The notes beneath the pieces are model-generated. The model was not told the DNA's origin and made no database searches. It worked only from the letters and a program-made list of their open reading frames with translations. 23,266 nucleotides of DNA, from contig JBBIPC010000011.1 of NCBI GenBank assembly GCA_037443035.1, positions 1 to 23,266 of the forward strand, written 5' to 3'. Made by a program: the position numbers and the translations under genes. This document shows positions 16,746 to 23,266 of this stretch, piece after piece (within the stretch, counting starts at the first letter, position 1; each line of letters starts with the position of its first letter). Source of the DNA: Chthonomonadales bacterium (GTDB lineage: Bacteria > Armatimonadota > Chthonomonadetes > Chthonomonadales > CAJBBX01).

Positions 16746-19700
16746 CGCGTCACTACCACAGGAACCATGATCCGGGCAGCGTCGCCGGTATCTGTCCTTG
16801 CCGTGATGACCATGGAATACACGCCAGCAGGGACCGCGATGCCTCTGTCGTCTCGCCCATCCCAGAGCAGTGTGACCGCCCCTGCGGAGGCTGCTCGCCC
16901 GCGTTCGAGATTGCGGATGACCAGGCCGCTGGTGCTGCGGACGGCAACCGCCACAGCGGCCGCCGTGGTCACATCGAACGACACGCTGACGGCGCCGGGC
17001 GCTCGTGAGGGGGTTACGCGGGGATTGAGAATCCGGCAGACATCGGCTCCGCGCATCTCAGGGATCACGAGGAACCTGCGCGTCGGCGATTCGCCCGAGT
17101 TGAACACCAGGCTTGTGTCGGCGTGCATGTACCTCCGCCGGCCCGTAGCGCTGTCCAGAAGCACGAGCCTCGTCGTCCGAGGAAGCGTCGGAGGCAGAGA
17201 CCATCGAAGCGTGTAATCGGTGTTCGGCAGAGGGGTGCTGACTGTGACACTCCACGCACGTCGGTCACCAGAGCTCCGGATGTCGGAGTAATAGCGGCCT
17301 TCCGCAGTTCCGGCTACAGGCTCCATCCAGAGAGCCGGCGCGTCGGCGGCAAAGATCGGCGGCAGTTCTGCACGGCCCGTGGCCGAGGAGTCGGGTGACT
17401 GCCCGATGACGGCCACGGCGCCACGCCCTCTGGGGTCGGTCACCATCAACCGTACAGCCCATCCAGCGGCGGACGCAGCGGCCCTCGTCGCGGCAGAGCG
17501 TACAGCCTTACTCTGTGGCGACGGATAGGTTAGCGTCAACCCCTCCGACACTAGCACGCGAATCCAGTAGCCAGTCCAGGGGTCCAAGTTCTGCACCGGC
17601 ATATAGCCGGAGGCCGGAGAGTACGCCCAGACGGCCGATTGGCCGACACCAGGAATGCTGTGGGCAACGACCCATCCCCGGGCGACCGCCGTGGCTAGAT
17701 CCACGGGTACGTTGTCGGCCTTGTACTGAAACTGAAGGGAACTGGCCGGGATGACCGTCTCATAGGGATTGCCGATCTGATTCCATCCGTAGACGAGGCC
17801 CACGGTAACATCTCTGTCTCGAGAGGCGAGCCGTCCCCTGATCTTCACGGCTGTCGCCTGCGGGAGCGAGAGCCAGTAGCCCTTGCCAGGCATCAGGGGC
17901 TCGAGGTTCGGGTACCGCGCGTACTTGTCGTCCCCCGACAGGGTCTGGATCCAGCGGGCCATGAGCAGGTTCGTGTCGTTGAAGAGCGGCGCACCGGTTG
18001 TGGGATCCAGCAGAGCGTCTGCAGCACGCTGCTGCAGCGGTCGAACAGGGAAAGCAACCATGGATGGTCCGCCCGGGAGGGTGTAGACGCGCTCATCCAC
18101 TCCTCCCTGCACTTCGAAGACAACCACATACTCTCCGTAACCCGTAATCACGCTCCGAGTGGTCACCGTCGAGTCGGAAGCAGTGAACGTGAGGGTTCCT
18201 CGGCGCGGCCGACTGAAGATGGTCGGATCTACAGCTGCACCGAAGGCGCCCTGGCGGACCTGTATTTCGCCAGTTGAGTAACCCTCGGCGTCCAGCCGAA
18301 TGGTGCCCGTGTCAGCGCCCACAACCACTCCCCAGAAGTTGTTATCGGAGCCGATCTTGCCCGAGCTTCGAGGTGCGGTCTCGATCCGCAGCGATTCAGA
18401 GCCCACCGGGAAGTCCATGGTAATCCGCATGCGGCCCTGAAGTGTGGCATCGCCCCCGATGGTGTTGTAGAAGGTCGGCGCCACCGTGCCGATACCGTTA
18501 CGTATGTCGACTTGTTCGTACTGCGCACCCAAGAAGAGGCGGTTGTCGAAGGTGTAGTCGCGGTAGATGGGGTATGCCGTGGCCGCCAAGTCCACTTCGT
18601 CACTATTGCCCTGGGCATCCAGCGAAGTCCTGTAGTACGTCAGGATCACGCCAATGCCGAAGTCGTCGTCGGCAGGATCGGGTCGCAGCGCCGATACTTG
18701 GGCATACAGCTTCGGACCCAGGGAAATGCTCGTATCCAGAATGAACTGGCGCCTGTACCAATCCATGAAGGGCAGCCCTTCGACTGTACTGCCGCCAGCG
18801 GCTGCCAGCGCCTGAGCAGCGATGTTGGCCAGCTCGGGCACACTGTTGCGGATGTTGGGGTTCGTCTGAAGAGCAGCGTAGTACAGCGAGTTGAAGTTGC
18901 TGAGGAAGCTGGGGGCCTCGGTGAGGACCTTGAGCCAAGTCGAACCGGACATCTGCAACCTAGGAACGAGCATGTTGGGCCAACCTGGCTGGTTGGCGGT
19001 GGCGTCCTGCTTGGAGACTGGGAAGAAGCGATCATTGGCCAGAGCTGGTTGGTTCAGCCATTCGTATCGGTCGAGGGCGTGCCAGAGCGGGTCAGCTACA
19101 GAGATGTCCCCGAGGGTTCCACCGAACACCTGCGACGGGGTGGCCTGGAGTTGCGGCAGCGAGTTCCTGACGGCCAGCAGCGTTGCGGCGCGGGCCATGC
19201 CCTTTTCCCAGGCGTCGTAGGAGACGAGCGCAGGGCCACGGAAGGCAAGGGCGAGCATTTGCGTCAGGTTCAGCACAGCCGATTGGGCCGAGTTGTTCTG
19301 CTGGAAGGTTATCTCGCTAGTGGATACGTTGTAGATCCCTCCTGAGAGGGCGTTCGGGTCGCTGATGATCGGGGACATGTTATCCCCGTTGAGGATCGTC
19401 ACTGTTCCTGACCAAGCTGGAGAGCCGTAGACACTCTTGAGCTCAGGGTAGACAATACTGATAATGGCCCGCAAGTCGTTTTCCCACGCCGGGCTCCAGG
19501 ATCCAGGAGATCCCTGAGCCGGGAAAACGAACGTTAGCTCGTTCGCGGCGCGCGTGGTTCGGGGCAAAGGCGGAAGCATCAGCCGTCCTGACTGTCGGAA
19601 CGCGACCACCTCGGGAATCCCGGGCGTGCTCTGGGCTGGTAAGCGCGCTAGCCGCCGCATGGCCTGGAGGTAAGCGAGGACGCCGGCATCCCGACGTGCA

Positions 19701-19903
19701 CGGAGTGAGCGCACGGCGGTAGCGACAGCGTCGCGGGCTGCCTCCGCTCGGCTGGAGGCGGGCAGGTCCACGACATGGACGCTCAAGGGGCCGGAAGCCA
19801 CGCTCCGGAACGGCAGGTTGACGACATTGCGATACTGCTGGGCGGCCGCGCATACCGGCAGCGCCCCCACAAGCGCAATCGCGCACAGGAGCCTTCTCGA
19901 CAA
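16742..19903 (-). CDS. Large secreted protein with degenerate zincin-like N-domain and C-terminal FlgD Ig-like domain
   Basis: TTG 19903 with AAGGAG 8 nt upstream gives signal peptide MSRRLLCAIALVGALPVCAAA. Also PGKGYW, GWNQIGNPY and C-terminal LLWDGRDDRGIAVPAGVY. Confidence 0.82.
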   Translation of the reverse strand: MSRRLLCAIALVGALPVCAAAQQYRNVVNLPFRSVASGPLSVHVVDLPASSRAEAARDAVATAVRSLRARRDAGVLAYLQAMRRLARLPAQSTPGIPEVVAFRQSGRLMLPPLPRTTRAANELTFVFPAQGSPGSWSPAWENDLRAIISIVYPELKSVYGSPAWSGTVTILNGDNMSPIISDPNALSGGIYNVSTSEITFQQNNSAQSAVLNLTQMLALAFRGPALVSYDAWEKGMARAATLLAVRNSLPQLQATPSQVFGGTLGDISVADPLWHALDRYEWLNQPALANDRFFPVSKQDATANQPGWPNMLVPRLQMSGSTWLKVLTEAPSFLSNFNSLYYAALQTNPNIRNSVPELANIAAQALAAAGGSTVEGLPFMDWYRRQFILDTSISLGPKLYAQVSALRPDPADDDFGIGVILTYYRTSLDAQGNSDEVDLAATAYPIYRDYTFDNRLFLGAQYEQVDIRNGIGTVAPTFYNTIGGDATLQGRMRITMDFPVGSESLRIETAPRSSGKIGSDNNFWGVVVGADTGTIRLDAEGYSTGEIQVRQGAFGAAVDPTIFSRPRRGTLTFTASDSTVTTRSVITGYGEYVVVFEVQGGVDERVYTLPGGPSMVAFPVRPLQQRAADALLDPTTGAPLFNDTNLLMARWIQTLSGDDKYARYPNLEPLMPGKGYWLSLPQATAVKIRGRLASRDRDVTVGLVYGWNQIGNPYETVIPASSLQFQYKADNVPVDLATAVARGWVVAHSIPGVGQSAVWAYSPASGYMPVQNLDPWTGYWIRVLVSEGLTLTYPSPQSKAVRSAATRAAASAAGWAVRLMVTDPRGRGAVAVIGQSPDSSATGRAELPPIFAADAPALWMEPVAGTAEGRYYSDIRSSGDRRAWSVTVSTPLPNTDYTLRWSLPPTLPRTTRLVLLDSATGRRRYMHADTSLVFNSGESPTRRFLVIPEMRGADVCRILNPRVTPSRAPGAVSVSFDVTTAAAVAVAVRSTSGLVIRNLERGRAASAGAVTLLWDGRDDRGIAVPAGVYSMVITARTDTGDAARIMVPVVVTR

Positions 19904-20143
19904 CGCGCTCACTCCTTCTCGGTTCCTTGCCGTACCGCACTCCCCGATGGGTCGCGCTGGTCCGGCTACGTCGGTAACAGTACGGTACCCCAAGCGGAGG
20001 CCGTTCCCTGGAAAGCCTCTGGGGATGCGCGGCATACGGACAGGACGTCAATGGGCTGGTGGCGAAAGGACTCGCTGTGCATGACGGACACCCCGTCAAG
20101 ACGGCGACTGTAATGACAGGTACTGCATGAGGGAGGGGCAGTC

Positions 20144-21175
20144 GTGGGAGATATGATGCGCAAGGTCATCATCACCGATACCCGTCGAGCGGAGGTCGTG
20201 GATGTACCTGCACCTCGGCCGAAGGAAGACTGGGCGCTCGTGAGAGTCTTGGTGGCGCCCATGTGCACGGAATACAAAGCGTGGCTCGCCGGTGGGCGCC
20301 ACGAGTTTCTGGGACACGAGGCTGCAGGAGAGGTCGTCGAGGTCGCCCAGCCCTGCGGAGTAGCTGTGGGAGATAGGGTCGTGGTCATGCCCCAGTATCC
20401 CTGCGGTCGATGCGACCTGTGCCTTTCTGGCGAGTATATCCACTGCCAGAACAGCTACCCATTCGACGCCTTCACGGGTTCGCCCGAAGGCAAGGCCACC
20501 TATGCTCAGTATCTGCTGAAGCCCGCATGGCTCCTTCCGAAGATCCCCGACGACTTGACGACGGAAGAGGGATCTCTCGCCTGCTGCGCTCTGGGGCCAT
20601 CCTTTGGTGCGTTCGATCGGATTCGTCTCGACGCGCAGGACACGGTGCTGATCACGGGTCTGGGGCCTGTGGGGTTGGGAGCGGTCATCAACGCGCGATT
20701 CCGAGGTGCTCGTGTGATAGGCGTGGAAAGCCACCCTTGGCGGGTCGAACGGGCGAAAGAGTTGGGGGCGGAGGCCGTTCTAGACCCCGGCGATCCGGAG
20801 TGCGCCCACCACATCCGATCGCTCACCGGCGGTATGGGCGTGAGTGCTGCCCTGGACTGCGCAGGCGTTCCTGCTGCCCATCGTCTGTGCCTGGATGCTA
20901 CTCGGCGACGTGGAAGGGTTGCCTTCGTGGGCGAGTGCTGGGAACCGACGACGCTCAGAGTCTCGGACGATCTGATCCGGAAGGGACTGACGGTTGTGGG
21001 GTCTTGGCATTACAACAGAGCACGTGTCACTGCCGTCTTCGAGGTCATCCGTAGGATGCGTCGGGAGCTGCGGAGCCTTGTCAGCCACGTCCTTCCCATG
21101 AGCCGGGTGCAGGAAGCGTTCGCGATCTCGGCATCGCATGATTGTGGGAAGATACTTCTCCATCCCTGGGAGTAG
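20144..21175 (+). CDS. Zn-dependent MDR alcohol/sugar dehydrogenase
   Basis: PMCTE, GHE, CGRCDLC...C, GLGPVG. GTG 20144 has GGAGG 7 nt upstream; ATG 20153 and 20156 are alternatives. Confidence 0.92.
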   Translation: MGDMMRKVIITDTRRAEVVDVPAPRPKEDWALVRVLVAPMCTEYKAWLAGGRHEFLGHEAAGEVVEVAQPCGVAVGDRVVVMPQYPCGRCDLCLSGEYIHCQNSYPFDAFTGSPEGKATYAQYLLKPAWLLPKIPDDLTTEEGSLACCALGPSFGAFDRIRLDAQDTVLITGLGPVGLGAVINARFRGARVIGVESHPWRVERAKELGAEAVLDPGDPECAHHIRSLTGGMGVSAALDCAGVPAAHRLCLDATRRRGRVAFVGECWEPTTLRVSDDLIRKGLTVVGSWHYNRARVTAVFEVIRRMRRELRSLVSHVLPMSRVQEAFAISASHDCGKILLHPWE

Positions 21176-21197
21176 GAGACAAAGAGGAGATACGTGC

Positions 21198-21536
21198 ATG
21201 GAAGATTGCATCTTCTGCAAGATAGTGTCGGGGGCGATCCCCGCTGACATCGTCTACCGGGACGACGAGCACACGGCCTTCCGCGACATCCATCCGGCAG
21301 CGCCGATCCACGCGCTCCTCGTTCCAAACAAGCACTGGCCGACCCTGTACGACGTTCCGGATGCGGAGACCCATGGGAAAATTCTCCAGGCTGCTTGTGC
21401 GGCCGCGGCTGCCATGGGCCTAGACAAAGGTGGGTTTCGCCTCGTTGCGAACTTCGGACCCGACGGAGGGCAGGAGGTCATGCACGTCCACTATCACATC
21501 CTGGGGGGACGGATCATGGGATGGCCTCCGGGATAG
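21198..21536 (+). CDS. hinT: Histidine triad nucleotide-binding protein (HINT/purine nucleoside phosphoramidase)
   Basis: DCIFCKI, AFRDIHPAAPIH, GQEVMHVHYHILGG, C-terminal WPPG; SD GAGGAG before ATG 21198. Confidence 0.93.
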   Translation: MEDCIFCKIVSGAIPADIVYRDDEHTAFRDIHPAAPIHALLVPNKHWPTLYDVPDAETHGKILQAACAAAAAMGLDKGGFRLVANFGPDGGQEVMHVHYHILGGRIMGWPPG

Positions 21537-21697
21537 TGGAGGCCCGCGCAACTGTAGCACCAAGCGCGTGACCCCGAGACCGTCTGCAACGAACACTCCC
21601 GGCATACGAAACCCAGGCGGCCGTGGGGCGTCGCAGGCCCACAGAGCTCTAGCGTTGGCGATATCAGCCTGGTGCCGTATGCGACTGCCTGTGGGCG

Positions 21698-21703
21698 TAT
21701 ACT
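21698..21703 (+). promoter_or_regulatory. Candidate -10 element (TATACT) for the AKR-PAS pair
   Basis: 5/6 match to TATAAT in a GC-rich spacer about 65 nt before ATG 21769, followed by a hairpin (21719-21745) and an AGGAG SD; no clear -35. Confidence 0.4.
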
Positions 21704-21768
21704 GGTGAGACCACACGCGGGCGCAGCCACTCGAGGCTTGCGTCCTAACTGAGACAGGAGACCGATAC

Positions 21769-22758
21769 ATGCCAAGAGACTTCGCGCCCGATCGCTACGA
21801 CCGTATGCAGTACCGCCGGTGCGGGCGTTCTGGTCTGTTGCTGCCAGCGATATCCCTGGGTGCCTGGGAGACGTTCGGCGGTTACCGTGGTGAGGACGTC
21901 GCAAGGGAATGCCTGTTTCGGGCGTTCGATCTAGGGATCACCCACTTCGACCTTGCGAACAACTACGGCACACCACCGGGCAACGCGGAAGTTGTCGTTG
22001 GTCGCATTCTCGAGGAGATGCCCCGAGACGAGCTCATTATCTCGAGCAAGGCAGGTTATCGCATGTGGCCAGGCCCCTACGGCGAATGGGGGAGTCGCAA
22101 GTATATCATTGCCAGTTGCGATCAGTCGCTGCAGCGGACGGGATTGGAGTACTTCGACATCTTCTACTCCCACCGTCCGGATCCAGATACACCCCTCGAA
22201 GAGACGCTGGGCGCCCTGGACACGCTAGTTCGTCAGGGCAAGGCGCTTTACGCAGGCGTAAGCAGCTACAGCGGGGCGCAGTACGCCGATTCCGTTCGCA
22301 TCTGCGAGCGCCTGGGCTATGCTCCGATCACGATCCATCAGCCGTACTACAACATGCTCGGACGCGGCATCGAGAGCGACCTCCTGCCCCAGACGGAGCG
22401 TTTCGGCGCCGGGGTCATCGTCTTCTGTCCGCTGGCCAGCGGGCTGTTGACGGACAAGTATCTGAGCGGAACCATCCCGGCCGAGAGCCGTGCTGCTCAG
22501 AAGTGGGGCAAGGAGTGGGTCGAGAGGAACCTGACGCCTGAGCGAAAGGCCGTGCTCCTCGAACTGAACGAGATGGCGAAGCGCCGCGGCCAGACCCTGG
22601 CGCAGATGGCTCTGGCATGGATCCTCCGTCTTCCCACGATCACCAGTGCACTCATCGGGGCATCGTCTGTCGAACAGATCGAGGAGAATGTGAAGGCTCT
22701 GGACAACCTTGTGTTCACGGACGAGGAGCTGCGGCGCATTGACGAGCTGACCCGATGA
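21769..22758 (+). CDS. Aldo-keto reductase, YghZ/Gpr (L-glyceraldehyde-3-phosphate reductase)-like
   Basis: RYDRMQYRRCGRSGLLLPAISLG, FDLANNYG, ISSKAGY.MWPGPYGEWGSRKY, DIFYSHR, IHQP.Y, LAQMALAW. Confidence 0.93.
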   Translation: MPRDFAPDRYDRMQYRRCGRSGLLLPAISLGAWETFGGYRGEDVARECLFRAFDLGITHFDLANNYGTPPGNAEVVVGRILEEMPRDELIISSKAGYRMWPGPYGEWGSRKYIIASCDQSLQRTGLEYFDIFYSHRPDPDTPLEETLGALDTLVRQGKALYAGVSSYSGAQYADSVRICERLGYAPITIHQPYYNMLGRGIESDLLPQTERFGAGVIVFCPLASGLLTDKYLSGTIPAESRAAQKWGKEWVERNLTPERKAVLLELNEMAKRRGQTLAQMALAWILRLPTITSALIGASSVEQIEENVKALDNLVFTDEELRRIDELTR

Positions 22759-23105
22759 AGGCTCCCGACGTACGCTGGCTGGAGAGCTTCGCCGGTGCGG
22801 TGACGGTGACCGACCGCGAGGGGATCATCCTTGCCATGAACCCCGCTGCGCAACGCTATTACGGCGCCTTCGGGGGTGCGAAACTCATCGGTACACAGGT
22901 GCTGGATTGCCATCCCGAACCCTCACGATCCAGGGTTGCCGGGATGCTGGCGTCGTTACCCGTCCACAACGTGTACGCCACCGAGAAGGCCGGACAGCGC
23001 CGTCTGGTCGTTCACACGACGTGGTACGAGAACGGTGTGGCTGCGGGTCTGGTGGAGATGATCCTGGACCTACCGGCGGAGTTGCCCTTGTTCTCAAGAG
23101 ATTAG
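22755..23105 (+). CDS. Stand-alone PAS domain protein (DCHP-motif type)
   Basis: AVTVTDREGIILAMNPAA, LIGTQVLDCHP, WYENG..AGLVE; ATGA overlap with the AKR stop. Confidence 0.85.
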   Translation: MKAPDVRWLESFAGAVTVTDREGIILAMNPAAQRYYGAFGGAKLIGTQVLDCHPEPSRSRVAGMLASLPVHNVYATEKAGQRRLVVHTTWYENGVAAGLVEMILDLPAELPLFSRD

Positions 23106-23112
23106 GTCGCAG

Positions 23113-23258
23113 CTCCGGTGGTAGAGTAGTCTCGGCATGCCGTTGTCGGGACGTATCGAAACCACCGGAGGGATGGAGCGGGCTGTCTTGTGAACCGGTT
23201 GTTGGGCCGGTCGTTTCGATACGCTCCGACACTTCGCGTCGGGCTACTCAACGACCGG
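23113..23258. repeat. Two inverted copies of a second palindromic intergenic repeat family
   Basis: Copy A (23113-23170, minus orientation) and copy B (23207-23258, plus) both read CCGGT(G/C)GTTTCGATACG-[GC hairpin]-CTACTC(T/A)AC(C/G)ACCGG. Outer stems are 10 and 9 bp. Confidence 0.8.
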
Positions 23259-23266
23259 TCGCGTCG

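Noticed and set aside
19904..20035. N-terminal extension of the FlgD-domain protein to 20035
   Set aside because: It buries the signal peptide; TTG 19903 has a well-spaced AAGGAG.
21630..21672. Fluoride riboswitch or HDV/hammerhead ribozyme in the hinT-AKR spacer
   Set aside because: Lacks the GGYRAUG and GCURAUG cores, the HDV P3/P4/J4-2 arrangement and CUGANGA; kept only as an unclassified structure.
21430..21904. Small ORFs spanning the hinT-AKR spacer
   Set aside because: They overlap real genes at one or both ends and show no protein-like features.

Overview
GC-rich bacterial chromosomal segment. An Armatimonadota-like origin is suggested only by protein style (SVGC-GGGGGG lipoprotein, GWNQIGNPY plus FlgD-Ig secreted protein) and is not proven. 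The window is dominated by carbohydrate redox and epimerisation genes: two Gfo/Idh/MocA oxidoreductases (one Tat-exported), three Zn-dependent MDR dehydrogenases, three xylose-isomerase-like (AP_endonuc_2) TIM barrels (one fused to an AlsE/Rpe-type epimerase, one degenerate and lacking a canonical start), a DUF362 protein and a 1335-aa secreted CBM/clan GH-A-like protein. It also carries two surface proteins, a polytopic membrane protein, HinT, an aldo-keto reductase and a stand-alone PAS protein. Elements absent from the ORF track: the 5' end of a probable IS1380-family transposase at the left edge, a GTAG-type REP cluster that mimics a mini-CRISPR (10722-10883), a second inverted repeat family at the right edge, a mirror-image divergent promoter pair, and several structured intergenic regions. 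No CRISPR-Cas, rRNA or tRNA is supported. The best novelty candidates are the two-epimerase fusion with its polyol dehydrogenases, a secreted apparent pseudo-zincin, and a GH-A-like enzyme with Asp at the expected acid/base position. All family calls come from motif recognition by eye, not database searches.
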